Assembly (NCBI GenBank): GCA_030867685.1
Contig: JAQOWU010000003.1
Coordinates: 930,001 to 994,000 of the forward strand
Direction: 5' to 3'
From: Wickerhamiella versatilis
Lineage: Eukaryota
Length of the DNA stretch: 64,000 nt
Within the stretch, counting starts at the first letter, position 1, and each line of letters begins with the position of its first letter. A program made the position numbers and the translations under genes. Shown one piece after another: positions 1 to 10,666 of the stretch. Below the pieces are notes generated by a model. It made no database searches. It saw only the letters and a program-made list of their open reading frames with translations, and was not told the origin of the DNA.

Positions 1-651
1 ATCCAGCGTTTGAAGATGGGGGCTGTGAGCAAGTCCTTCACGCATGATTTGATCAATTCCCTCCTGCCGAATACCATTCTGATACAGCTTCAGGGTCTTC
101 AAGGTACCATGCGATTTAATAAATGCGGCCCATGCCTCCATACTGCCATTTTCAAGACGATTTCTACCGCAAACAACAGTGGTCAGCGGCGGTCCGTTGT
201 GCTCCTTCTTGAGGACTGCCAATTTCTTTAGCGCCAGGCCAACACGATGACCCGCCTCTGGACCAAAACCATTATTCGCAAGATACAAATGCTCTAGTGG
301 TACATGATGGGCCAAAAAGCGTTCCAGAGGTGCAATGGTGGCTATTCCAAAAGCATTATCACTCAGATCCACAGTATGCAGGTGTGGCAGCTCAAGCAGA
401 GCATCGACTAAATATTCCATGCTTTCAGGTATTTCTGAGGCAAGTCGGCCAGTGAACATATCATCCAGTTTGGCCACCTCGAGTGTTTTGACCTCACGCA
501 ATTTTTCTGCGAGAAGTTTACAAGCTTCAACTCCCCAAGAGTTACCACCAACATTTACCTCCGTAACTCCATCTTTAAGACCTTTCAAGAAAGGCTCTAC
601 ATCCTCTGCACTGTCGAATTTATGATTTGCACCAACAGAAAAAGTGGACAT
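1..651 (-). CDS. RNA1: Ran GTPase-activating protein (LRR); 5' part only, runs off the window
   Basis: Not in the ORF track. Manual translation from ATG 651: MSTFSVGANHKFDSAEDV...GGNSWGVEAC...DDMFTGRL...DLSDNAFG...LYLANNGFGPEAG...VCGRNRLENGSM...LYQNGIRQEG, typical RanGAP LRR motifs. Confidence 0.93.
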   Translation of the reverse strand, partial: MSTFSVGANHKFDSAEDVEPFLKGLKDGVTEVNVGGNSWGVEACKLLAEKLREVKTLEVAKLDDMFTGRLASEIPESMEYLVDALLELPHLHTVDLSDNAFGIATIAPLERFLAHHVPLEHLYLANNGFGPEAGHRVGLALKKLAVLKKEHNGPPLTTVVCGRNRLENGSMEAWAAFIKSHGTLKTLKLYQNGIRQEGIDQIMREGLAHSPHLQTLD

Positions 652-797
652 GCTTATGTTATGTTATGCTATTCTGTGCAAGGTGTTATAACTTGTTCCT
701 ATGTTTAGGTCCTATGAATAGCTTTCGTTCTAGGTGCATCATAATGTCTGTAAGCCAAATCGTATGGTATAAATTCTCACTGATGTTGTGAATACAT

Positions 798-1274
798 TTA
801 TTTCTTCTTGGGTCCACCCAGAGGAGAGCCGATGTCCTTTCCGCGGAGCTTAACTCCGATTTTCCGCTCAATTTTTCCAAGAACCTGCTGATTAGGCACA
901 GCACGACCTGCTTCGTAGTCGTTGATAACACTTGGCTTCTCGTTAACGGCGGTGGCGAGCTCCTTCTGAGTTAAGCTCTTGGCCTGACGACCCTGCTGCA
1001 TGGCTCGGCCAACATCTGGTGAAATCTTGGGAGGAGGAGCCACATTGTCATCTCTATCGATCTTGGCAAGTCTCTGGCCTTCAGGATTGGCCCGATGGTT
1101 TGCGCCTCCCCATTTCTTCTCTGTTGCTAGAACGTTGCCCATACGGCGAGCAGCATTAATCTCCCCGGAGGAACGAGCGATCCTCTCCCTAGGTCCACTA
1201 CCACCAACTCGTACCCGTGAGCCTACAACTGTGTGACTATCCCAATCTGTATTGCTTTGAGGAACTCTTGACAT
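798..1274 (-). CDS. MBF1: Multiprotein bridging factor 1
   Basis: DWDSHTVVG N-terminus; HTH QKELATAVNEKPSVINDYEAGRAVPNQQVLGKIE; GVKLRGK. First ATG at 1274. Confidence 0.95.
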   Translation of the reverse strand: MSRVPQSNTDWDSHTVVGSRVRVGGSGPRERIARSSGEINAARRMGNVLATEKKWGGANHRANPEGQRLAKIDRDDNVAPPPKISPDVGRAMQQGRQAKSLTQKELATAVNEKPSVINDYEAGRAVPNQQVLGKIERKIGVKLRGKDIGSPLGGPKKK

Positions 1275-1647
1275 TCTCAATGTAGATGAGTCAGTGGCAA
1301 TTGTGGTCCCATTTGTAGTCTCAGGCTGAATAAGTCGAAATGCTGAGAAGGTTCGATAGACGTGGTCACCCGTTAATTGTAGTTAAGTAGGCGTGCTGCA
1401 CTCAGGAATATCCTCAATGACTAGGACGGTTCAGAAACGACTGCAGTGTTTCCATAGATATTATTTTCGTATCTAGGTTTCCTGCTTGAGCAACTATTTC
1501 TCCATTTCTGGGCTTGAGCTTGATCGGTAGCATGCTTTAGACTATTTTACGACTAGTTACTAAAAGAAATCCAAGATTATTTAGTAGACTACCAAGAATA
1601 ATGCTATTAGCGTTGACCAACGACACTTGTTGTCCTGCGTAATCAAC

Positions 1648-2991
1648 ATGGGTCCTCGGCGACCAGAAATGCGAGAGGTCCCCAGCGATTATGTGTTTGA
1701 CGGACATGGTGGCCGTGGTGCACCGGCCAGTTCATTTTTCCGAAGAATATCCCGCACGCACAATTCTAAGCACGTGTCGGAAGATGCCTCAGAGGACTTT
1801 GAACAGAAACCTTTGGGGGCTGGGTTCAGCCATACTGCCCATGTTAATCTTCAGAAGCCTTCTCATACAAAATCTGGAAAGACCCATCGAAAGCACTCCA
1901 CAAAATCGTATTTTGATTTAGATGACGATTGGGATGCGAACGTTGAGACACTGTCACCGAAAGTGCACCGGGAACCCTCCCCAAAACATACACACGCAGA
2001 AGAGCGTGAGGCTCTTGCCGAGCGTGATGAGCTTAATGCACGAATATCTCGTATACGTCGGTTCAAGCAATTATTGCATGCGGAAGTTGTTGACCTGGAA
2101 CAACTACGACGATTGGCATGGAGCGGTGTTCCAGTGGACCTCAGACCACGCACATGGATGCAGCTATTAGGATACATACCAGCTGTTCGTGAAAGACAGG
2201 ACTATACGCTTCAAAGGCGAAGACAGGAATACGCAGAAGGCGTAGAACAAGCCGCCCAAAGCCCAAGAGACCAAGCAATGTGGCATCAAATTTCCATCGA
2301 TGTCCCTCGCACTAATCCCTACTTGAAATTGTATAGTTTCGAGACCACGAAGCGGTCAATGGAGCGCATACTGTATCTTTGGGCCCTCAGACACCCAGCG
2401 TCAGGCTATGTCCAGGGAATCAACGATCTTGTCACCCCTTTCTTCCAGACGTTCATGTCGCAATATGTTGGCACACGCCGCGTTGAAGACCTTGATCCGG
2501 GCATTCTGCCAACAGACCAGCTGGACTGCGTGGAGGCGGATTCCTACTGGTGTCTTACCCGGCTACTGGATGGTATTCAGGACAATTACATTCATGCTCA
2601 GCCGGGGATACACCGTCAGGTGGATCAGCTGAGAAGATTAGTTGAGCGGATTGATTCGCAGCTAGTTAGCCATTTAGACGCCGAGGGGGTTGGCTTCATG
2701 CAGTTCAGTTTCCGCTGGATGAATTGTTTACTTATGCGTGAACTCCCGTTAAACTGTGTTGTACGCCTCTGGGACGCGTATCTTTCTGAAGGTCCCATTC
2801 GATTAGCTTCATTCCACGTATATGTGTGTGCAGCTTTTTTGACATACTGGTCCAAGGACCTCCTGGTCAAAGATTTCCAAGACCTCATGATATTCCTTCA
2901 AGCATTGCCCACACAATCTTGGTCAGAGAAAGATGTAGAAATTTTATTGGGTCAAGCGTTCATGTATCAATCGCTCTTCCCCACTTTATGA
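1648..2991 (+). CDS. GYP1: Rab GAP with TBC domain
   Basis: LRRLAWSGVP, QISIDVPRT, HPASGYVQGINDLVTPF, QFSFRWMNCLLMRE. Confidence 0.92.
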   Translation: MGPRRPEMREVPSDYVFDGHGGRGAPASSFFRRISRTHNSKHVSEDASEDFEQKPLGAGFSHTAHVNLQKPSHTKSGKTHRKHSTKSYFDLDDDWDANVETLSPKVHREPSPKHTHAEEREALAERDELNARISRIRRFKQLLHAEVVDLEQLRRLAWSGVPVDLRPRTWMQLLGYIPAVRERQDYTLQRRRQEYAEGVEQAAQSPRDQAMWHQISIDVPRTNPYLKLYSFETTKRSMERILYLWALRHPASGYVQGINDLVTPFFQTFMSQYVGTRRVEDLDPGILPTDQLDCVEADSYWCLTRLLDGIQDNYIHAQPGIHRQVDQLRRLVERIDSQLVSHLDAEGVGFMQFSFRWMNCLLMRELPLNCVVRLWDAYLSEGPIRLASFHVYVCAAFLTYWSKDLLVKDFQDLMIFLQALPTQSWSEKDVEILLGQAFMYQSLFPTL

Positions 2992-3031
2992 TTTTGCTCT
3001 AAAAAACTAGTAGTTTAGCTAGCCACGTCTA

Positions 3032-3379
3032 TTATGCCTTCACCCATGTTACTACCACAACAAGTTTATCTGATAGGGAAATAACAAGGGATCCGTCTTG
3101 TTGTTCGTTCCAGTGAGCGCCAGCCACAGTTCTCAAGGGCGCGGCAGCTCCAATTTCTGTGGCTGTTACCACCCATTTGTATCCTTGGGCCTCGGGACGC
3201 GAGGTAACTTCTCCAAGAAATGCCTTGATACCGTGCTCTGGGGACACGTTGTCAAACACTTTTGCAATCTCTTTCAGTGAATTTTCATCAATGGGCTGGG
3301 TTAGATATCATGATTCAATTAAAATTATGCCAGAAAGACTTACACTTGATGCGGCCAGTTCATTCGTTACAGTCAGCAT
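3032..3379 (-). CDS. TDA2: Tctex-1-like dynein light chain Tda2; two exons (3379-3344, 3295-3032), 99 aa
   Basis: 48-nt intron 3343-3296 (GTAAGT...CTAACCCAG) joins MLTVTNELAASS to PIDENSLKEI...GYKWVV...GAHWNEQQDG...VVTWV, a Tda2/Tctex-1 pattern. Confidence 0.75.
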
Positions 3380-3522
3380 GACGGATGGTGGACTCGCACC
3401 ACGCCTCAAGAGCATTCTTGTCTGCCCAGTCAGTTGTAGCACAGCACGTATATTATTGGCTAAAGAAAAGAAATAATCTATAATTTACCTTTGATTTAGT
3501 TATCTCCACTGAGATTTTTTTT

Positions 3523-4797
3523 TCACACAACCGTGACTTCAAGTAATTCTCCAATTTCATAAATATCGCCAGTGAGCATATCCACCAACGTTGAACCATC
3601 GACGGTGTGTGTTCCTGGGCGCAATGCCAAGAGGGATATCGTGCCCTCAAAGCATGCATTGGGACTAAGCGCACTGAGCTTGACTTCGCTTGTCAAGGGA
3701 ATAATACCACGGTCGGAACCTAACGCCATCCGGTAGGCATTGATCCTATTTCGGAGCGCATCTGCCGTTGCAACTAGCCTGCGTTCTCGAACAGGCGGTG
3801 GACCTAACTTTTCACGAGGATAAAGACCAAGAATAACTTTACGAGTTCGCGGTGAGTTATTTACTATCCTGAACTTCCAGTCAAATGTCTCACCTTCTTT
3901 AACAATGGTTGGTCCATCAAAGAGTAAACTTAGGCCATTTAGGCCTCTTGAAGGAGCCACTTTAGGTACAGGAGAGCGCAAGTTACCGATAAGCGGCGTT
4001 TTTGGAAGGAGGCCTTGCGAGGTCTCGAAGTTTAACACTGGTTTCCATTCAGTAGTCACATGAGCATCCCCGACTTTGTACTGTAGTTTGACAACCATTT
4101 GCCTCACTGGATTTGATGTGCTGGAAATGGTTTGCAGGCTGTAGCCAAGCGAACATTTCTCCCCCTCCTCGAGATTGAGCGGTAAATCCGGTGATGGCAT
4201 AGCCAAAGCTGTACCTTCTTCGAGAGTTGCCTCACATTCCATTAAACAGAGATCAGAAACGCGGGATCCGATGCTAATTTCTGCCAGTAGTCGGTCTCTC
4301 TCTAAATACGGTGCTTTGGAACGCAGATTCAAATGCAACGCCTGTGAAATTCTCCTCCTGAATTTCGCAATGGACGACAGGTCTGGTTCTTCCTGTGTTT
4401 TCTGAACATCCTTAGTGTGATGTTCCAAAGGGGATACTCCTTGCGGCAATGGAATTTCAAGTTCGTCCTGAGTCTCCGGCATGTATGGCTCTGCCTCAGT
4501 TAGTGAAGGCGTACGTCGGTTTGGCAGCATAGCCGTGGCAACTATTTCGAGCTCGGAAAAATCAATTTGAGATCGTGGATGCTTCACAGGCAATTCCAGA
4601 CTCCACTGCTTTCCTGACGCCAAAAGTTCTTCGAATATCCTTGCCGACTGTCCATTACCCTCTATTTGCACGCTCATCTGGACTTCACAAACATCTGGTG
4701 TCTCTACGAGAACCTCAAGTACTTCATCAAAGTAAATGGTTTCATTTTCACCTAGCTCTGATGCTCTTAACCGTTTTACTTGTAGGACGGGTCGCAT
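3523..4797 (-). CDS. TRS65: Probable TRAPP II subunit Trs65-like protein
   Basis: 424-aa ORF; W-x-F-x-IVNNS and C-terminal GIIPLTSEVKLSALSPNACFEGTISLLALRPGTHTVDGSTLVD resemble Trs65. Confidence 0.6.
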   Translation of the reverse strand: MRPVLQVKRLRASELGENETIYFDEVLEVLVETPDVCEVQMSVQIEGNGQSARIFEELLASGKQWSLELPVKHPRSQIDFSELEIVATAMLPNRRTPSLTEAEPYMPETQDELEIPLPQGVSPLEHHTKDVQKTQEEPDLSSIAKFRRRISQALHLNLRSKAPYLERDRLLAEISIGSRVSDLCLMECEATLEEGTALAMPSPDLPLNLEEGEKCSLGYSLQTISSTSNPVRQMVVKLQYKVGDAHVTTEWKPVLNFETSQGLLPKTPLIGNLRSPVPKVAPSRGLNGLSLLFDGPTIVKEGETFDWKFRIVNNSPRTRKVILGLYPREKLGPPPVRERRLVATADALRNRINAYRMALGSDRGIIPLTSEVKLSALSPNACFEGTISLLALRPGTHTVDGSTLVDMLTGDIYEIGELLEVTVV

Positions 4798-4816
4798 CGA
4801 GAGCTAGCGGTTAGTC

Positions 4817-5986
4817 ATGAGATCCATCGTGGAGCTCGCCTCCGAGGCTAATGACTATGAATTCAGCAAGGCTGTGCCATTCAGATTTTGGATTCGCTCC
4901 TGTAATACGCTGATTCGCCAGGCACGTGTATACGCCACTGAGAAAAATAATGAAGAGGCGTACAAGCTCTATCTCCGCATGGGTGATTTATATTTGAACA
5001 AACTGCCATCACATCCTGAATATTCTTCGAATCGGCATCTGTACAACTCATTAAAAAAAACGTTATTTAACTCTATGGAGCAAGCAGAACGGCTTAAAAA
5101 AATACTGGGTGCGAGGCCTCCGGCCATTGAGGAAGATATCGAACCAGATCATGGTGGAATCTTAGAAACTACAGAACAATCACCATTGTCAGAAAGTACT
5201 GATATCTCATCGCAAATTGTGGACTCACCAGTGTTGAATATAGAAGATCCCGAGCTAGCGAATGCTGTAGCTGCACTCCAGCCAAAGAAATCACAAAGTA
5301 AAGGGATCTCAGAAACGAATGACACACACATACCAACCAATTCTGCAAGAACTAGCCATATGGATGAAAATAATGTGAGGAAGCCACCTGTAAAACCAGC
5401 ATCTAACGTTCAGTTCACGGCCAGATACAAGCTAGAAAATGGAACGCCCCTGAGATCTGTATTTATTCCAAAACAGCTGAGAAGTATCTTCTTAGAGAAA
5501 GCAAATAAAAACACGCTTTCAAACCTTGAAACATGCGGAATTCTTTGCGGTAAGCTAAACCGTAACGCGTTTTTCATTTCGCATTTGGTGATACCACATC
5601 AAGAATCCACTCCAGATTCATGCCAGACTCTTCGTGAAGAGGAATTACTCGATTACGTTGATTCTCGAGATTTATTTATTTTAGGATGGATCCATACACA
5701 TCCTACTCAAACTTGCTTCATGTCATCTATCGATCTCCACACGCAGGCGGGGTATCAGTTAATGCTACCGGAGGCCATAGCTATTGTTTGTGCACCCCGA
5801 AGTTCTCCTAACTGGGGGGCGTTCAGACTTACTGATCCGCCTGGAGTAAATTTCATTCGAAAGTGCCGGTTGCCAGGCTTTCATCCTCATAGCGAGAATC
5901 ACTTATACACGACTGCCACAAGCCCTGGCCATGTGCTAGAGATTGCCTTTAATTTAGAGGTCAAAGACTTGCGTCAGAATACTTGA
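4817..5986 (+). CDS. AMSH/STAMBP-like JAMM deubiquitinase
   Basis: N-terminal USP8-dimerisation/MIT-like region; ETCGILCG, GWIHTHPTQTCFMSSIDLHTQ, GFHPH. Confidence 0.92.
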   Translation: MRSIVELASEANDYEFSKAVPFRFWIRSCNTLIRQARVYATEKNNEEAYKLYLRMGDLYLNKLPSHPEYSSNRHLYNSLKKTLFNSMEQAERLKKILGARPPAIEEDIEPDHGGILETTEQSPLSESTDISSQIVDSPVLNIEDPELANAVAALQPKKSQSKGISETNDTHIPTNSARTSHMDENNVRKPPVKPASNVQFTARYKLENGTPLRSVFIPKQLRSIFLEKANKNTLSNLETCGILCGKLNRNAFFISHLVIPHQESTPDSCQTLREEELLDYVDSRDLFILGWIHTHPTQTCFMSSIDLHTQAGYQLMLPEAIAIVCAPRSSPNWGAFRLTDPPGVNFIRKCRLPGFHPHSENHLYTTATSPGHVLEIAFNLEVKDLRQNT

Positions 5987-6064
5987 GAGTGCTGGTGGAA
6001 CTTGGGTAAGGGCGTATATATTGTCAGGGCGGCGCCTCACCAGCGCTAGCACTGTCATCTAAGA

Positions 6065-6610
6065 ATGTTCGGCCGCGACGAATTATGTGCGAGGGCTTTA
6101 AGGGGTGAATTGCAGCGAGTTGAGTCCGAGGCGGCACATCTCCGGGCAATGCTACAGGAATTGGAGAAGGTGGGTGGGTCGATTTGGCAAGGTGATATTT
6201 CTAGTCAAAAGAGAATGCGCCTGGATACTCCAAGTGGCTTACTAGGTTCCGAGAGCTTCCATAGAGTGGTACCTCAGCCTGTTAAACCAACAAATATGCC
6301 CATAAATTATTCACAGTCCAACTTATCTATTCCTCTGAGCGTGGTTCCTAATTCACAATCGAAACTCAATAAACCGAGCCCGACATGCGATAAGTGCGCT
6401 AAGACTTTCACCACTCAGAAAGATTTACGCCGGCATAATGCCACTCGACATGAGGGCATACGCTACCCTTGTGAGCACTGTGGAAGGAGTTTTGCAAGAC
6501 CCTACCAGCTGCGGCATCATGTTGAAGAAAAGCATGCTGGGAAAGAAAATATAGCCCCTGGAGCTGGATCAGAACATATTGCATCGACTGATGAACGTGA
6601 AGTTGTTTAG
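6065..6610 (+). CDS. Small C2H2 zinc-finger protein (N-terminal coiled coil, two fingers)
   Basis: CDKC...HNATRH and CEHC...HVEEKH; heptads LQRVESEAAHLRAMLQEL. Confidence 0.8.
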   Translation: MFGRDELCARALRGELQRVESEAAHLRAMLQELEKVGGSIWQGDISSQKRMRLDTPSGLLGSESFHRVVPQPVKPTNMPINYSQSNLSIPLSVVPNSQSKLNKPSPTCDKCAKTFTTQKDLRRHNATRHEGIRYPCEHCGRSFARPYQLRHHVEEKHAGKENIAPGAGSEHIASTDEREVV

Positions 6611-6723
6611 CATCTTTTTTATAGCTACATAATAAATTCAGATCGTAACCTTGATGATCATTTCGACAGGTAAAAAGGATAGAGATTCAGGAAAGTAGTC
6701 AGTTAGCTTATCCGAATCCAGAT

Positions 6724-7875
6724 CTAAGCTTCAGATGACAAAATGCGTTGCATGTCAGAGACTAAACGCTCCTTGTCGGCGGGGCTAAGGCTGTAGGCTG
6801 CTGTAAGTACACCACGATAATCTGCAGTTGCGGGTGAAGCGATAAACGTGGCATAGTAAAGATAGGAGAACATACCCATGACGAACTGACAGTCGAATCT
6901 GTCTACAATTCCACCATGTCCTGGTATCGTATCCCCAAAATCCTTGACCTTGAATGCGCGTTTGAACCCTGATGCAAAAAACCCACCAAATGGAGCAATC
7001 AGAGACGCAAACGTCGAAAGAACTGCAACGTGAAAATATATAGATGGGAAAGTGGCCGAATAACCAAAGAAGTACCAGGTCTGCTGTTCAAATACTTGGT
7101 TTGGCTTGCAGGTATGTTGAGAGAACGCATTCACTCCAATCTCGTCCATTGGGCAGATCATATAGTCTGAGGAACTCGATAGGTAGGTGATGAAGACACC
7201 AAAGACAACCGTACACACCCAAGCACCGACAAACCCTTCCTTGGTTTTTTTGGGGGAAATTTCTATCAACGGATGCCGGCCCATAGTTATCCCGCACACA
7301 TACGCTCCAATATCATTGACAATCACAAGAGATACCGGAACAAGGAACCAAAAGAGACCATGCAAAATATTAAACTCGATAAAATGGCCTTGAATCACCA
7401 CCAGGAGCAATGCTAGGTGCGTGGCACAGAAGTGGGCATACTGCTCGCGGCACGTGGATTGCTTCAAAGTTCCTACAAATACAAGAAAACCGACCATGTA
7501 TAGGCAATAGCTCAGGAACGCATGATAGTGCATTACTGGCCACAAGACGCGTTCCCAGATGCCAACATTGTGGAAAAACCCAAAAAGAGATTGGGCCTTC
7601 AAATAGAACATGACGACGACCAGAAAGTACCAGCTAAGTGTGCGACCCCAAGGAATATGTTTCAAGGGACCAGCTGTAATGTTGATCACCTCACGAAAGC
7701 TCAAAACTTGAAGTACAGCAATCAGAGTCGCCAGGTAGACATGGCCTGATAGGACGATAGCAACAAAAAAACCTATCATTACGAATGTCCATATCGCACG
7801 TACAATAAACTTCTGCTTTTTTTTCTCAAATTCCCCATTTTTTGGAGGCGGCTGGATTTGCGCAGAAGCTCCCAT
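6724..7875 (-). CDS. CDS1: Phosphatidate cytidylyltransferase (CDP-DAG synthase)
   Basis: ISPKKTKEGF; FASGFKRAFKVKDFGDTIPGHGGIVDRFDCQ. Confidence 0.95.
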   Translation of the reverse strand: MGASAQIQPPPKNGEFEKKKQKFIVRAIWTFVMIGFFVAIVLSGHVYLATLIAVLQVLSFREVINITAGPLKHIPWGRTLSWYFLVVVMFYLKAQSLFGFFHNVGIWERVLWPVMHYHAFLSYCLYMVGFLVFVGTLKQSTCREQYAHFCATHLALLLVVIQGHFIEFNILHGLFWFLVPVSLVIVNDIGAYVCGITMGRHPLIEISPKKTKEGFVGAWVCTVVFGVFITYLSSSSDYMICPMDEIGVNAFSQHTCKPNQVFEQQTWYFFGYSATFPSIYFHVAVLSTFASLIAPFGGFFASGFKRAFKVKDFGDTIPGHGGIVDRFDCQFVMGMFSYLYYATFIASPATADYRGVLTAAYSLSPADKERLVSDMQRILSSEA

Positions 7876-8098
7876 GTCCTATCGCAGCTCGACCTTTTTT
7901 TGTGACTAAGAAAAACCTGCGCCAACAGTTGCCAAAACCCAGCAGGTGTATTGCTGGATTTTATCGTCCACTATTTATTTATTATTTTTTTTTCTGCAAA
8001 ATTATTGTTGGAAGATGATATTTACAGATACATTGGAATACATTACTGTGTGAGAACCTATCTACCCTTAAAAGCAATTATGTGAATATATAACTTAT

Positions 8099-10666
8099 TC
8101 ATGAAAGCGCAGCATGAATGGAATCAATCAGCCTAAGAATATCGTGTTGGGAAGCTATCTTATCAGCTGCATCTTCGATGGTGCGTATATCTTCAATTCC
8201 ACCATCCACTGGCCATGTCTCCGCGGCTTCTGCAACCGGTGTTTGTTCTGTAAGGCAAACGCGAAGTTCTGCACGCTTTGCCGTGCTCAATGGAAATACG
8301 ACCTTATACCAAAGTGTGCAATCCAAAGGAACGGTCCAGTCGGTAATACAAGCAAGCTTCTGAGCCAAGACCCGTATTCTCGGTCGATCATCCATACTCA
8401 CAAGCCGGGCAGCAAATATCAAATTAGTCTCCGAGCCTGGGACTGAAATTGGCATGAATATTAAGGAGTCAATAAGACTAGAGGCTTGTAAAGCCCAAGA
8501 AATCATAGGACCTGGTGCATTGAGGAGCTGGGCTTGATGCTCCACAGCTTCCTCAGCAGACACTCGGATCAACTCAACTGATGTATCATCTCCAGCCAAG
8601 CGAGCAAGGCTTAAGAACAACTTACTCTCGTTCTTGCTCTTAGCTTCCGATACGGCCATCTTTAGAGTGTCCACAGAAAAATCCAGGACCCATGCGACAC
8701 GAGCAAGATTCCGAGATTTGAGAAACTCGACCGTATCGAGACGTTTACCAAACTGAGAAACAAGTTCATGTAGCTTTCCTGTACTCACAAGGTGATCATA
8801 TAAATAAGCAGAAAAGCCAGGTTTAGAATCGAGCCACTCGGCGGGAATAGGGATTGACCGCACGAGCCATCTGTCGCAAGAAATTACTGCCAAGCTTTGC
8901 ACTGCATTGAATTTTTCAGCGAGGTTCACAGCTTCTTGATCATCCAATGGTGCAAGTCGTGCCAGTAAGAAGTCTATAGGTACTTGGCACGATCCTAAGA
9001 TACGAATGAGGGTTGCCAACGTGGCACTGTCCTGTTCTTCAGCCGCTGCCACTGCTAATGATGTAATTTCATTGCTGAGACCTGCAATCCAGGATCCAGG
9101 CCCAGGATCTGCGGCTTCGAGTGCCTTTACCACTATACTTCGATGTGAACTATCTCGGGCATATTGGCCTAAAATGGAGGGAACATTATCAATATCTTCC
9201 GTCTGCAACACTTGTGCGCAAGAAACCTTTTCTAAAAGTCTTTCAACCTCATCCTTATTCGGAATAGGCGCGTGTGTCAATCTAGCAAGAAGACGTGCTC
9301 GGAGCGAAAGACTTGCAGGACGCGGCATAAGTTGCGATCTTCCATGCGCAATTTCAGATGCCACTTCCCGCGCAGTCTCTGCGGGAACAGGCCAGTCGAA
9401 TCTAAGTAATCCTTTTGGCCTTCCATAGAAAACAAACTGCTCTAAATGGCATTTATCACTGGCTGGACCCTCGACAAGAAATTCCAGCAGAGCACTTGGC
9501 GCTGAAACCGCTAGCCACAAGGCACTGCCGCATGCTTCCATACCTAGGACTCGAGCCTGTTCGTTGATACTGAATATTTCCTCCTCTCGTGGCGGTTTGG
9601 GGTTGAGAGCTACAACAGCACTAGGAAATACAGCGAAAAGTTGCTGTTCAGTAGCAATAATGCGGCCAGACCGATCTAAAGATGTGTAGGTCTGCAGACG
9701 ATGGACCCAAATGCACTGCTCGCCATCAAAGCAAGCCAGCACGTAGTAAATTTGACTCGAATCCTTGTCCGGGAAGAAACTAGCCAAAACTATGGTCTGA
9801 CCTTCTTTTGTGATTTGTACATCATGGAACACTAATGAGAAAGTTGAGTTGGGGTATAGGAGACCGATATGGGCCACCACCAGGGAATGAAGCCATAGCT
9901 GGGATACAAGGACAGCCTGACCATCAGGACCGATACGCCAACGAGCAAAGTCACCTGAGTGTGAGACAACAGCCACATCACGCTCGACGCCTTTTTCAAA
10001 GGGGTCGGCCCTGATAGCGGCAATATCGCGGCGCCAGCCCTGCTGACCGGACAAAAATATTGACGTTATAAAGTTGTGATGTCCCATTTGCCGAGATATC
10101 AGTGCAAGGTGTCCTCGACCATCCCTCATAGTGATGATCCAAAACTTCCCACTGGAGCTTGCGACAACAAAACCTATATCGGGAACCACTTCCAACGCGA
10201 CCACATGCTCATTCGTAACTAAATTTAATTCCGTACTTGCTTTCGTGGCATGATTCAAAACATCACCAGCGACAGCACTGCCTAGTGCCTCCCAGTATGC
10301 CAAAAACCCTGTTTCACGATCGCAGACTACCAAGCCAGGCTCTGACGCTCCGTCTGCCGGGTCAGTAAAAGCAGCTAAGCAGTTTGGCACATCAAATTGG
10401 ATGGCACCAGGCCATACCACACAGCCCTCCTCATACTGAGCAAGATAATAGCCCGTGGAGGGGTTGATGTGGACAAGCTCAGCTGTCGCTAGCGCAGGCG
10501 CCGCAGATAGCTGCCTCACTCTAAACGTAGGTCCTCTAGCAGCATCCCTTCCAGAGTCGGTATCCTTGGTAGCTGCCTGATCGGGTATGACTGGCGTGAC
10601 CTGCTTTGATGAAGACCTATGACGAGGTTTCTCGAACGAGGCCAGCTTCACCGACTGAAAGCTCAT
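8099..10666 (-). CDS. NUP133: Nucleoporin Nup133-like
   Basis: Beta-propeller segment EPGLVVCDRETGFLAYWE followed by a helical C-terminus (LARVAWV, KLFLSLARLA). First ATG 10666; the track starts at a GTG. Confidence 0.65.
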   Translation of the reverse strand: MSFQSVKLASFEKPRHRSSSKQVTPVIPDQAATKDTDSGRDAARGPTFRVRQLSAAPALATAELVHINPSTGYYLAQYEEGCVVWPGAIQFDVPNCLAAFTDPADGASEPGLVVCDRETGFLAYWEALGSAVAGDVLNHATKASTELNLVTNEHVVALEVVPDIGFVVASSSGKFWIITMRDGRGHLALISRQMGHHNFITSIFLSGQQGWRRDIAAIRADPFEKGVERDVAVVSHSGDFARWRIGPDGQAVLVSQLWLHSLVVAHIGLLYPNSTFSLVFHDVQITKEGQTIVLASFFPDKDSSQIYYVLACFDGEQCIWVHRLQTYTSLDRSGRIIATEQQLFAVFPSAVVALNPKPPREEEIFSINEQARVLGMEACGSALWLAVSAPSALLEFLVEGPASDKCHLEQFVFYGRPKGLLRFDWPVPAETAREVASEIAHGRSQLMPRPASLSLRARLLARLTHAPIPNKDEVERLLEKVSCAQVLQTEDIDNVPSILGQYARDSSHRSIVVKALEAADPGPGSWIAGLSNEITSLAVAAAEEQDSATLATLIRILGSCQVPIDFLLARLAPLDDQEAVNLAEKFNAVQSLAVISCDRWLVRSIPIPAEWLDSKPGFSAYLYDHLVSTGKLHELVSQFGKRLDTVEFLKSRNLARVAWVLDFSVDTLKMAVSEAKSKNESKLFLSLARLAGDDTSVELIRVSAEEAVEHQAQLLNAPGPMISWALQASSLIDSLIFMPISVPGSETNLIFAARLVSMDDRPRIRVLAQKLACITDWTVPLDCTLWYKVVFPLSTAKRAELRVCLTEQTPVAEAAETWPVDGGIEDIRTIEDAADKIASQHDILRLIDSIHAALS

